A stretch of 64,000 nucleotides of DNA from Solirubrobacterales bacterium (GCA_036271315.1 DATBAV010000042.1:47256-111255), one strand, 5' to 3'. Shown: positions 9,061-17,666, counted from the stretch's first letter. Made by a program: numbers and translations. Notes: generated by a model not told the origin, from the letters alone.

Positions 9061-10296
9061 TCAGTCTTCAGACGACCGCGGCACCTTGCCGGCTTCGGAC
9101 CCCGGCTCCATCGCCGGGCCACGGGGCGAGGCGATGCCGAGGACGCGCATCGTTTTGAGTCCGAGGCCGAGCTTCTCGCGGCCCTCGGTGGCGGAGACGT
9201 CGTGGCCGCAGAGCTCTTTGACCCGCTCCAGTCGGTAGCGAATCGTGTGGCGGTGGGTGAAGAGTTGTTTGGCGGTGGCGGCGACGTTGCCGTCGTTGTC
9301 GAGGTAGGCCTCGACCGTGGTTACCAGCTCGGTCTCGTACTGCTCGTCGTAGGCGGCCAGGGGCGCGATCGTCTCGGCGTAGAAGCGCTCCAGCTCGCGC
9401 GGGTCCTCGCTCATCGCCGGCAGCAGCAGGCGGTAGGAGCCGGTGTCCTCGAAGGCGAGCACGGTGCGCCCCTCGGCCTCGCCGACGTTGACCGCGAGCC
9501 GCGCCTCGTTGCCGGCGCGGTAGAGGTCGACCGGGTCGGCGGCGTGGCGGCTGCGGCCGATCGTCAGGTGAAAGCCGGCAAGGCTGTCTTCCAGCTCGCG
9601 GGCGAGTCCGCTGGCGGCACGCTCGACGCGGGTGTCGTCCTCGGCCGGCACGATCACGGCGATCTCGGCCGCCTCCTCCCCATCGGGGCTGGCCAGGGCG
9701 CCGGGGGCGAGCGAGCGCAGCGCCCGCTGGGCCAGGGTCAGCACCCGGGCGCGCCACTCGCCGGTCTGAGCAGCGCGCGGCGCGGCGTGCAAGATCAGCA
9801 CTCCAGCGCCGGCATCGAGGTTGGCGCCGAGCTCGGCGGCACGGGCGAGGATGTCGCCGCGGTCCGTCACCTCGCGCGCCAGCACGGCGGCGACGAAAGC
9901 GCCCGCGACCTCCTCGCTCTCCCACTCCGGCGAGCGCGAGCGCTCAAGCTCCAGGGCCAGCAGCGTCGTCACCATGCGGGCGATCATCGGCTCAGGCGGG
10001 GTCGAGCTGCGATAGCGCAGCTCGCCGACGGCGGAGTCCGCCACCCGCAACTCGACGCGGGTCACTCCCTCCCCTCCGGCAAGCAGCTTCCGCTCCTGGT
10101 CGGGCGAGGCGCCGGCTACCGCGAGCACGGCGCTGGAGCGGTCGATCAGGGCAACGCTGGCGTCCAGCACTTTGGCCGCCGCGCGGGCGACCGCGGGCAG
10201 CCCGGCGCCCGATTCGACCGCCTCGGCGAGCGCGTCCAGAGTTCCTTCTTCCCGCGTGCTTGCAGGCGTTTTTGTCCCTTTGGAGGCGGCCGGCAT
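9061..10296 (-). CDS. PucR/CdaR-family transcriptional regulator
   Basis: The C-terminal PucR-type HTH reads NVAATAKQLFTHRHTIRYRLERVKEL. 411 aa. Confidence 0.85.
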   Translation of the reverse strand: MPAASKGTKTPASTREEGTLDALAEAVESGAGLPAVARAAAKVLDASVALIDRSSAVLAVAGASPDQERKLLAGGEGVTRVELRVADSAVGELRYRSSTPPEPMIARMVTTLLALELERSRSPEWESEEVAGAFVAAVLAREVTDRGDILARAAELGANLDAGAGVLILHAAPRAAQTGEWRARVLTLAQRALRSLAPGALASPDGEEAAEIAVIVPAEDDTRVERAASGLARELEDSLAGFHLTIGRSRHAADPVDLYRAGNEARLAVNVGEAEGRTVLAFEDTGSYRLLLPAMSEDPRELERFYAETIAPLAAYDEQYETELVTTVEAYLDNDGNVAATAKQLFTHRHTIRYRLERVKELCGHDVSATEGREKLGLGLKTMRVLGIASPRGPAMEPGSEAGKVPRSSED

Positions 10297-10392
10297 CGGC
10301 TCATTATCCCTAGAGAACGGCTACGCCCACTCGCGAATTTGCTTACCGCTCAGCAAACGTGAGTCAGTTAGCCGCCGCGAACAGGGCAGTGG

Positions 10393-10659
10393 CTAGTGGC
10401 CGTGAAGGAAATTGACGATGTCGTTGTAGTAGTAGACGATCGCCAGGCCGATCACGACGCCGACCAGGACGAGGGCGGCGAGGACGAAGAGCGAGAGCAC
10501 GCTGGCAGCGGCCTTCTCCCAGACTCGACCGTAGGAACTGAGCGCCGGCACCAGGATCAAGCCGACGAAGGCAACCAGGCTGACCAGCCCGGCAGCGCCG
10601 AACAGGAGGTACTCATTCTCGATCTTCTGCAGCGCTAGTGGCAACAACACCGCGCCCAT
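10393..10659 (-). CDS. small two-TM membrane protein (hypothetical)
   Basis: 88 aa with two hydrophobic helices and strongly G/C-ending codons. The ATG lies 47 nt inside the 3' end of the upstream DedA-PAP2 gene, so the start is uncertain. Confidence 0.55.
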   Translation of the reverse strand: MGAVLLPLALQKIENEYLLFGAAGLVSLVAFVGLILVPALSSYGRVWEKAAASVLSLFVLAALVLVGVVIGLAIVYYYNDIVNFLHGH

Positions 10660-12133
10660 TCTGCCGTACCGTCGTGACGGTCAGCGCCACGGCCGCGCAA
10701 AGCGAGAAGGACGCGGCGCCCAGCGCCCAGCCGGCGCTGACGTCGCTGAGGTAGTGAACACTGAGATAGACCCGCGAGAGACCGACCAGAGCGGTGAGGG
10801 CGATGCCGGCGATCACGACGAGCGCGCCGCGCGCCATGCCGGGCCGCAACCGCATCACGATCGTCACCGCCAGCCAGACGTAGAAGGTCGAGTAGGCGGC
10901 GTGGGCGCTGGGAAAGGAGGAGCCGGAGACGCCGATCAGGCCGTCGCCGGGCCGCGGCCGGTCGACCGCGTCCTTGATCTCGTGCACGCCGACGAAGATC
11001 AGCACAACGCCGCCGAGCAGGACGCCGAGCTCGGCCCAGCGCCGGCGCGCGATCAGCAGCACCGCGGCGACGAAAGCGAGTGAGCCGGTGAGTGCGCTGG
11101 AGCCCAGGTGGGTGAACACCTTGGCGAAGTGGGTCAGCCAGGCCGCCTGCAGCTTTTCGGCGATTTCGATCGCCGTGTTGTCGCCGGGAGTCGGGCCCGG
11201 TTCGCCATTGACGATCACCGTGTAGGCGACGAGGACGAAGAGGGCAACGGCGAAGACCGCCATCAGCGAGGTGAACTCGAGCCCGAAGGTGCCGCCCGGC
11301 GTCACCCGCTCCCAGAGGAACTGCAGCTGCGGGTGGAAGCGACGCGTAAGCACGACCAGCCAGCGAGTCGCCGCGTGCTGCTCCATCCAGGCCACGACCC
11401 GGCGCCTGTTCTCCTCGACCCGCAGGAAGCGGACCGCGGTGACGACGACGACGATCACGACGATCGTCGTCGCCAGCACGAAGGCGCCGCGGCCGGCGTA
11501 CTTGGCGGCGCTCTCGATGCTGCGCGAGAAGAAGTAGCCGACCAGGATGTGGGCGCTGGCCCAGAGCCCGGTGCCGAGGATGCTGTAGGGGACAAAGGCG
11601 CGGTAGCGCATGCCCGAGCTACCGGCGATGAAGGGGGCGAAGGCGCGCACGAGGCTGATGAAGCGGCCGATGAAGATCGTCTTGCCGCCGTGGCGGGAGA
11701 AGTAGTCCTCGACCCTTTCGAAGCGCTCGTGGCCAATGCCGAAGCGGGGGCCGTTTTTGAGCACGAACTCGCGGCCGAGGCGGCGGCCGATGAAGAAGCT
11801 GGTCGTGTCGCCGAGCCAGGCCGAGAACCAGGCAATCGCGATCAGCAGGTAGATGTCGATCGCGCCCTGCCCGGCGACGGCGCCGCCGAGCAGCATCACG
11901 GTCTCGCCGGGGACGATGAGGCCGACGAAGGCGCCGGTCTCGGCGAAGGCGAAGGCGCCGACGATCAGGTAGGTCCAGGCGCCGAGCGCGTTGGAGAGGT
12001 CTTCGAGCAGGCTCTGCAGGTCGAGGTGGCCGAGCTGGCGGCTGATCAGGTAGTAGCCACCGGCGACGACCAAGACCGCGACCGCGATCAGCAGGCGTTT
12101 GCGGTTGCCGCCCCCCTCGCCCGGAAGCTTCAC
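10613..12133 (-). CDS. DedA (SNARE-associated) domain fused to PAP2 phosphatase domain membrane protein
   Basis: The N-terminal half is DedA-like (ETGAFVGLIVPGET..., FIGRFISLVRAFAPFIAG). The C-terminal half has the PAP2 motifs KDAVDRPRP, PSAH and SRVYLSVHYLSD. Confidence 0.9.
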   Translation of the reverse strand: MKLPGEGGGNRKRLLIAVAVLVVAGGYYLISRQLGHLDLQSLLEDLSNALGAWTYLIVGAFAFAETGAFVGLIVPGETVMLLGGAVAGQGAIDIYLLIAIAWFSAWLGDTTSFFIGRRLGREFVLKNGPRFGIGHERFERVEDYFSRHGGKTIFIGRFISLVRAFAPFIAGSSGMRYRAFVPYSILGTGLWASAHILVGYFFSRSIESAAKYAGRGAFVLATTIVVIVVVVTAVRFLRVEENRRRVVAWMEQHAATRWLVVLTRRFHPQLQFLWERVTPGGTFGLEFTSLMAVFAVALFVLVAYTVIVNGEPGPTPGDNTAIEIAEKLQAAWLTHFAKVFTHLGSSALTGSLAFVAAVLLIARRRWAELGVLLGGVVLIFVGVHEIKDAVDRPRPGDGLIGVSGSSFPSAHAAYSTFYVWLAVTIVMRLRPGMARGALVVIAGIALTALVGLSRVYLSVHYLSDVSAGWALGAASFSLCAAVALTVTTVRQNGRGVVATSAAEDRE

Positions 12134-12984
12134 GCCGCGAGCCCCGGTTTCGCGCTCGGCGCCTGACCGGCCTCGCAGACGATCGCATCGTCGCGGGCGA
12201 GTGCCTCCGCCGCCTCCCGGGCCGCCGCCAGGCTCTCGAAGAGCCCGAAAGCGGTGGGGCCGGAGCCGGTGAGCAGCGCGTGCGGTGCGCCGGCATCGCG
12301 CAGGGCGTCGAGGGCGGCCCCGATATCCGGCCGCAGCGAGCGCGCCGCCGGCTCGAGGTCGTTGACGAGCAGCTCCGGGTAGGCGAGCGGCGAGGCGCCC
12401 GCCCCGGCCACAGAGCGCAGGCGCCCCTCCAGCCCCTCCAGCTCCTCGCTACCGCGGCCGAGTCCGAGGCGATCCGCCTCGGCGAAGACGTCAGCGGTGT
12501 CGAGTCCGCCGCCGCCGGGCAGCAGGACCACCGCGTGCGGTTTTGGCTCAGGCAGATGCTCGACGCTCTCCCCCGCCCCCCGCACCAGGGAAAGGGCCGG
12601 CGTCAGCTGCGAGGGCACGTCGGCACCGAGCGCGGCGGCGATCCGCTCCAAGTCGGCGATCTCGCCGGCCGCGAGCCGCAGCACCGCGGCGGCGTCGGCG
12701 CTGCCGCCGCCGAGGCCGGCGGCGACCGGCGTCCTCTTCTCGATCTCGATCCGCAACGGCGGGCTCCCCCAACCGTGCTCGCGCAGCGCCTGCAACGCTT
12801 GCAGCGCCAGGTTCTCGCCCTCGACCCCCGCGCAGATCACCTCGTCCTCGGCTGCCTCGCTCACCTCGATCAGGTCGCCGAGCGCCAGCGGCTCGAACAG
12901 CGAGCAGAGCTCGTGCAGGCCGTCGGCGCGGCGGGCGCCGAGGTAGAGACAGAGGTTGAGCTTGGCCGGAGCAGAGATCCGCAA
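12130..12984 (-). CDS. ispE: 4-diphosphocytidyl-2-C-methyl-D-erythritol kinase
   Basis: GHMP-kinase motif PVAAGLGGGSADAAA and N-terminus RISAPAKLNL. The TTG start at 12984 directly abuts the repeat element. Confidence 0.9.
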   Translation of the reverse strand: MRISAPAKLNLCLYLGARRADGLHELCSLFEPLALGDLIEVSEAAEDEVICAGVEGENLALQALQALREHGWGSPPLRIEIEKRTPVAAGLGGGSADAAAVLRLAAGEIADLERIAAALGADVPSQLTPALSLVRGAGESVEHLPEPKPHAVVLLPGGGGLDTADVFAEADRLGLGRGSEELEGLEGRLRSVAGAGASPLAYPELLVNDLEPAARSLRPDIGAALDALRDAGAPHALLTGSGPTAFGLFESLAAAREAAEALARDDAIVCEAGQAPSAKPGLAA

Positions 12985-13099
12985 GGGGCCTATCCCGGTA
13001 GGGGTTCCACTTAACTTTTTCGGTCGAGTGGAAGTTGTCTACCGTGGGCGGGGTTGGCGAAAAAGTACAAGACGTTCCACCCCTACCGGGATAGGCCCC
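12985..13099. repeat. structured palindromic element, family 1, copy 1 (115 nt)
   Basis: 20-bp perfect outer stem GGGGCCTATCCCGGTAGGGG/CCCCTACCGGGATAGGCCCC around the conserved core TTCCACTTAACTTTTTCG-N35-CGAAAAAGTACAAGACGTTCCA. The same core occurs at 16676-16795 and 54989-55108. Confidence 0.85.
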
Positions 13100-13841
13100 T
13101 GGCCAATGCTCGGAACTCGTTGGGAGAGAGTTGCTCGGCGCGGCTGTCCGCTGGCAGTCCGAGCGCCTCGAGCGCAGATCTGATCGCCTCCATCGAGCCC
13201 GGCCGCACATGCTCGACCGAGCGCGCCAGCGCCTTGCGACGGTGGGCGAAGGCCGCCCGGACCAGCTCGCGCGTCGCCTGGTCGGCGCCCGGGCCGGTGC
13301 GGCGCAGAGCGAGGATCGCCGAGTCCACCCGCGGCCGTGGGCGGAAGACGGCCGGGTCGACCTTGCGCAGCAGGCGCACCTCGCAGGCGAGCTGGGCGAG
13401 CACGCTCGGCGACCCGTAGGTGCGGTTGCCCGGCGCCGCGCGCAGCCGGTCGGCGATCTCGCGCTGCACCATCACGGTCCACGAACGCAGCGAGGGCAGC
13501 TGCTCGATCGTGCGCAGGATCACCGGGGTCGCCACCGAGTAGGGGAGGTTGGAGACGACCACCGTCGGCACCGGCCGCAGGGCGCCGAGGTCGATCCGCA
13601 TCGCATCCGCCCAATGCAGGCTGACGTTGGGTCGGGCGGCCAGGGGCTCGAGCGCCTCGGCCAGGCCCCGATCGAGCTCGACCGAGTGCAGGTGGGCAAC
13701 GACCTCGGCGAGCCGTTCGCTCAGCACCCCTTCCCCCGCACCGACCTCGAGCACCACGTCGTCGGGGCGCAGCTCGGCGTCGCGGACGATCGCGTCGAGC
13801 AGGTTCGGGTCGGAGAGGAAGTTCTGCCCGAGGCGGACCAC
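13083..13841 (-). CDS. rsmA: 16S rRNA (adenine1518/1519-N6)-dimethyltransferase
   Basis: RLGQNFL motif and SAM-binding VLEVGAGEGVLS. The final codons and the TAG lie inside the repeat arm. Confidence 0.95.
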   Translation of the reverse strand: MVRLGQNFLSDPNLLDAIVRDAELRPDDVVLEVGAGEGVLSERLAEVVAHLHSVELDRGLAEALEPLAARPNVSLHWADAMRIDLGALRPVPTVVVSNLPYSVATPVILRTIEQLPSLRSWTVMVQREIADRLRAAPGNRTYGSPSVLAQLACEVRLLRKVDPAVFRPRPRVDSAILALRRTGPGADQATRELVRAAFAHRRKALARSVEHVRPGSMEAIRSALEALGLPADSRAEQLSPNEFRALARGLSR

Positions 13842-13843
13842 CT

Positions 13844-14614
13844 CTACCAGCCGAAGAGCGCCCGAGCGTTCGCCTCGACCGTGCGCTCGAGCTCGGCGTA
13901 AGAGACGCCGCGAACGTCGGCGAGCGCCTCGGCGGTGGAGACCACGTAGGCCGGCTCGTTGGGCTTGCCGCGCATCGGCTGCGGCGCCAGGTAGGGCGCA
14001 TCGGTCTCGACCAGGATGAGCTCGTCAGGCAGCTTGGTGGCCGCTTCGCGCAGCTCCTCGGCGCTGGGAAAGGTGACGATGCCGGAGAAGGAGCAGTACC
14101 AGCCGCGATCGATTGCGTCCTGGACTCGCCAGGGAGCGAGGAAGCAGTGGAGGATCACGGCGACGCCATCGCCGCGCCGGTCGAGGATCTCGAAGACGTC
14201 GTCGACGGCGCCGGTCTCGCCCTCGGGATCGCGGGCGTGGATGACGATCGGCAGGTCGCGCTCGCGGGCGATCTCGATCTGGGCTTCGAAGGCCCGGTGC
14301 TGGTCCGCCTTGCTGGCCGTCTCGCGGTAGTAGTCGATCCCGCTCTCGCCGATCGCCCGCACCTTCTCGTTCTCAGTGGCCAGGCGGGCGATCTCCGCGG
14401 CCCGCGCGTCGTCGAAGCCGGCGGCCTCGGTCGGGTGACAGCCGACCGAGGCGAAGACGCTGTCGTAGCGTTCGCTGGCAGCGACCGCGGTGAGGTTCGT
14501 CTCGGCGTCGAGGCCGACGTTGAGCATCCGTCCCACCCCCGCCTCGACCGCCGACGCGACCACCTCGCTCTCGGGCCGCTCGCAGAGAAAGAGGTGGGTG
14601 TGGGAATCGATCAC
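13844..14614 (-). CDS. TatD-family metal-dependent hydrolase
   Basis: VIDSHTHL start (GTG at 14614; the track ORF extends to 14659). It has TatD His/Asp/Glu pattern and sits between rsmA and metG as in other actinobacteria. Confidence 0.9.
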   Translation of the reverse strand: MIDSHTHLFLCERPESEVVASAVEAGVGRMLNVGLDAETNLTAVAASERYDSVFASVGCHPTEAAGFDDARAAEIARLATENEKVRAIGESGIDYYRETASKADQHRAFEAQIEIARERDLPIVIHARDPEGETGAVDDVFEILDRRGDGVAVILHCFLAPWRVQDAIDRGWYCSFSGIVTFPSAEELREAATKLPDELILVETDAPYLAPQPMRGKPNEPAYVVSTAEALADVRGVSYAELERTVEANARALFGW

Positions 14615-14709
14615 CGAACGCAGTCTAAGAACGGCGACGGCCCGCGCGCCCTGAGGCACGCGGGCCGTTGGTTTTCAGAGAGGGGTTGGGTCCCGTTAGT
14701 TCGTGCTGA

Positions 14710-15375
14710 CTAGGGAGTGCCGCAGCCGAGCGGCGGCAGGTCGGCCGGCAGTGTCGGGATGACGAGCAGGCCAAGCGCTTCCAGGGCGGAGCTGAGGCCG
14801 AGGTTTTCGACCACACCGGAGATCAGGTTGATCTGTTCGGCCAGTTCTTCGTTCTGGGTGCAGAGCGAGCTGACCAGCGGTAGGGCGTCCACCGTTTCGG
14901 TCAGATCGGTGTTGTTCAGCCCTTTGACCGTGTTGACCGCGCCGAGCAGGTCGCCTTTGGTGAGCCCGCCGAGGACTTCTTCGAGGCCGTCGATCTTGAG
15001 GTTGAGCGAGGCGACCTGGGTTTTCAGGGCGACTTCGCCAGGGCTAGGGGTGCCGTCGGTTCCGGCCTGTCCCTGCTGACCACTGCCAGACGAGCCGTTC
15101 TGGCCGGAACTACCGGACTGGCCGTTCTGGCCGGTGGCGCTCCAGACGACCTTGCGCTCGCCGCGCTTGCAGCGCGCCTTGGCCGCGACAACCCGCAGGT
15201 TGCCCTTCGGCTTGCCCTTGACCCGGTAACAGGCGTGGATCGTGCCGTCCTTGCCCACGGGGGACGCAGCGGAGGCGCTTCCGCCAAGAGCCGCCAGCAG
15301 CATTGCTGCCGCCGCCAGCGCTACGAAGATGAATCGTGCTTTCAGTCCTGCCTGAGGTACGGCGTATGAGTTCAT
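14710..15375 (-). CDS. secreted protein of unknown function with Gly/Ser/Gln-rich linker
   Basis: Signal-peptide-like N-terminus (KARFIFVALAAAAMLLAALGGSASA) and low-complexity GQNGQSGSSGQNGSSGSGQQGQAG. 221 aa. Confidence 0.7.
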   Translation of the reverse strand: MNSYAVPQAGLKARFIFVALAAAAMLLAALGGSASAASPVGKDGTIHACYRVKGKPKGNLRVVAAKARCKRGERKVVWSATGQNGQSGSSGQNGSSGSGQQGQAGTDGTPSPGEVALKTQVASLNLKIDGLEEVLGGLTKGDLLGAVNTVKGLNNTDLTETVDALPLVSSLCTQNEELAEQINLISGVVENLGLSSALEALGLLVIPTLPADLPPLGCGTP

Positions 15376-15518
15376 GATCGGAACTTCGGCAAAGTTTTCG
15401 CTGAATACAAGTAATGCAATTGTTTGATCGACAGAAGCAGTACTTAAAATTAAGTAGTTTATAGTGAAATTAATGAGTAATCAATAAACAAATTGTTTCT
15501 CACGTAGGCTTTCCGCCC
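15376..15518. promoter_or_regulatory. AT-rich divergent intergenic (promoter/operator) region
   Basis: Hand count is 16/60 G+C for 15421-15480, against about 44/60 in core genes. It contains the palindrome TACTTAA-AA-TTAAGTA (15441-15456) and repeated AATTGTTT. Confidence 0.5.
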
Positions 15519-16694
15519 GTGGCCGACTTCGCCGACTACTACCGCCAGATCTATGTCCTCGGCCTCGGCGGGGAGACCCCGAGCGTGCCCGTCTCTGTCG
15601 CCGAACTGGAGCGCCTCGCCGCCGAGACGATGGACGAGCGCGCCGCCAACTACGTATTTGCCGGCGCCGGCAGCGAGGGCACGATGGACGCCAACCGCGA
15701 GGCCTTCCGGCGGCGGCAGATCGTGCCGCGGATGCTGCGCGACGTCTCCTCGCGCGATCTCTCAACCTCCCTGCTGGGCACGGCGATGCCGGCACCGCTG
15801 CTGCTGGCGCCGATCGGGGTGCAGAAGGTCGTCCACCCCGACGGCGAGCTTGCAACCGCCCGGGCGGCGGCGGCCCTCGGCCTACCGATGATCGCCAGCA
15901 CCAACTCCCACTTCACGCTCGAGGAGATCGCCGAGGCGGGCGGTGACGCGCCGCGCTGGTTCCAGCTCTACTGGCCCAACGACCGCGCCATCGCCGCCAG
16001 CTTCGTCGGCCGCGCCGAGTCGGCCGGCTACGGGGCGATCGTGCTCACCGTCGACACCTTCGTCCCGGGTTGGAAGCCGCGTGACCTGCAGCAGGCCTGG
16101 CTGCCCTTCCTCAACGGCATGGGGGTCGCCAACTACTTCCAGGACCCGGTCTTCCGCGAAGGCCTCGAGAAGCCGCCGGAGGAGGACGTCGGCGGCGCCA
16201 CCGGCCACTTCCTCGGCGTCCAGGCCAACCCCGCGCTGAGCTGGGACGACCTCGCTTGGCTACGCGAGCAGACCGAGTTGCCGATCGTGATCAAGGGGAT
16301 CCAGCACCCCGACGACGCACGCGAGGCGGCGGCCCGCGGCATCGACGGCGTGATCGTCTCCAACCACGGCGGCCGCCAGGTCGACGGCGCGATCGGCGCG
16401 CTGGACGTACTGCCGGCGATCGCCGAGGCTGCCGACGACGAGCTCGCGGTCCTCTTCGACAGCGGCGTGCGCAGCGGCAGCGACGCGATCAAGGCGCTCG
16501 CCCTCGGCGCCGACGCCGTCTGCCTCGGCCGCCCCTATATCTGGGGCCTCGCCCTGGAGGGTCAACAGGGAGTCGAAACCGTGCTCAAGATGGTGCTGGC
16601 CGAGCTCGACCTGACGCTGGCGCTCTGTGGGTACACCGAGCCCAGCCAACTGGGCCCGGACGCGCTCTCTGAGACCCCGGACCTATCCCGGTAG
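15519..16694 (+). CDS. FMN-dependent alpha-hydroxy-acid oxidase/dehydrogenase (lactate 2-monooxygenase/L-lactate oxidase-like)
   Basis: Motif VSNHGGRQ and TIM-barrel FMN family features. GTG start, 391 aa. The last codons and TAG are encoded by repeat copy 2. Confidence 0.88.
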   Translation: MADFADYYRQIYVLGLGGETPSVPVSVAELERLAAETMDERAANYVFAGAGSEGTMDANREAFRRRQIVPRMLRDVSSRDLSTSLLGTAMPAPLLLAPIGVQKVVHPDGELATARAAAALGLPMIASTNSHFTLEEIAEAGGDAPRWFQLYWPNDRAIAASFVGRAESAGYGAIVLTVDTFVPGWKPRDLQQAWLPFLNGMGVANYFQDPVFREGLEKPPEEDVGGATGHFLGVQANPALSWDDLAWLREQTELPIVIKGIQHPDDAREAAARGIDGVIVSNHGGRQVDGAIGALDVLPAIAEAADDELAVLFDSGVRSGSDAIKALALGADAVCLGRPYIWGLALEGQQGVETVLKMVLAELDLTLALCGYTEPSQLGPDALSETPDLSR

Positions 16695-16795
16695 GGGTTT
16701 CACTTAACTTTTTGGGTGGGGACGGGGTTGCTGGCGCCACTGGGTTGGCGGCCAAAAAGCACAAGACGTTTCACCCCTACCGGGATAGGTCCGGG
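16676..16795. repeat. structured palindromic element, family 1, copy 2 (120 nt)
   Basis: 22-bp perfect outer stem CCCGGACCTATCCCGGTAGGGG/CCCCTACCGGGATAGGTCCGGG. The core is TTTCACTTAACTTTTTGG-N36-CCAAAAAGCACAAGACGTTTCA. Confidence 0.85.
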
Positions 16796-16801
16796 CGGCG
16801 G

Positions 16802-17662
16802 TCAAAGGTCGCGTCGGGAGAAGGCTGCCGCAGCAATTGCGAGCACCCCCGCGGTGTAGATGAAGGCCCAGATGATTAGACCCGGGCTTGCCGCTTCGGA
16901 GCCGCCGAAGGGGCCCAGTTGGAGGACGACGCCGGTAAGGCCGGAGGTGTTGGAGATCAGGGCGTGCAGGCTGGCGGCGTAGAGGCCCTCGAAGGGGAGG
17001 ACCCAACTGGCGGTGTGGCCGATCGAGTGCAGGGTGGCGGAGTTGATCGCGTGGCCGATCTGGGCCAGCAGGCCGGCGGTGAGGCCGGCGCCGTAGACCA
17101 TGAAGACGACGATCCCCTGCGCCGTCACCGATAGGAAAGTCGAGACCAGCAGCGAGAGCGCGGCGACGATCGCCACCGCCAGCGCAAGGGCAAGGGCTGG
17201 GCCGAGCAGGTGGTCGGGCGCCCAGTGCCCGGCCTGCCAGGTGATCGCCAGCGCGGCCCCATAGACGGCGAGCACGTAGGCGGCGGCGAGGCCGGCGGCG
17301 GCGAGGTAGCGCGAGAGCATCAGCGTCGTGCGACCGATCGGCCGCACGACCAGCGGCTGCAGCAGGCCGCTCTCGGCGTCCCCGCGCACGATCCCCAACG
17401 TAAGGAATACGGCGAGCACCGAGCCGAGGAAGAGCGTGGTGAACATCGCCATGCCGAAGATCGTCGCGCCGGTGAAGGCCTTGGGATCGAGGATCTTCGC
17501 TTCGCCTTCCGCGAAGCCGCCGGCATCGCGGAAGGCGAAGTGGGCCCCGACCCCGTAGAGCGCTAGGAAGCCGAGCGAGAGCAGCAACACGGCGAGGAAG
17601 ACGCGGCGGCGCAGGCCCTCGCGGAGGGCGTAGCCGATCACGGTTGAGACCGAACGCAGCAT
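16802..17662 (-). CDS. ABC transporter permease (ABC-2 type)
   Basis: 286 aa with about six TM segments, immediately downstream of an ABC ATPase. Confidence 0.8.
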   Translation of the reverse strand: MLRSVSTVIGYALREGLRRRVFLAVLLLSLGFLALYGVGAHFAFRDAGGFAEGEAKILDPKAFTGATIFGMAMFTTLFLGSVLAVFLTLGIVRGDAESGLLQPLVVRPIGRTTLMLSRYLAAAGLAAAYVLAVYGAALAITWQAGHWAPDHLLGPALALALAVAIVAALSLLVSTFLSVTAQGIVVFMVYGAGLTAGLLAQIGHAINSATLHSIGHTASWVLPFEGLYAASLHALISNTSGLTGVVLQLGPFGGSEAASPGLIIWAFIYTAGVLAIAAAAFSRRDL

Positions 17663-17666
17663 CGGC

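Noticed and set aside
8974-10296. tRNA-Gln as a possible integration site for a genomic island
   Set aside because: No integrase, direct repeat of the tRNA 3' end, or mobility gene follows the tRNA. The downstream genes (PucR regulator, DedA-PAP2) have core-like GC content.
12956-13210. Short ORFs reading through family-1 repeats and giving similar peptides (for example ..GTSCTFS.. in 12548-13210, 16704-17006 and 55017-55556)
   Set aside because: The similarity only reflects the conserved DNA core. Frames and stops differ between copies, there are no consistent starts, and one copy overlaps real gene ends. A structured DNA or RNA element is the better explanation.
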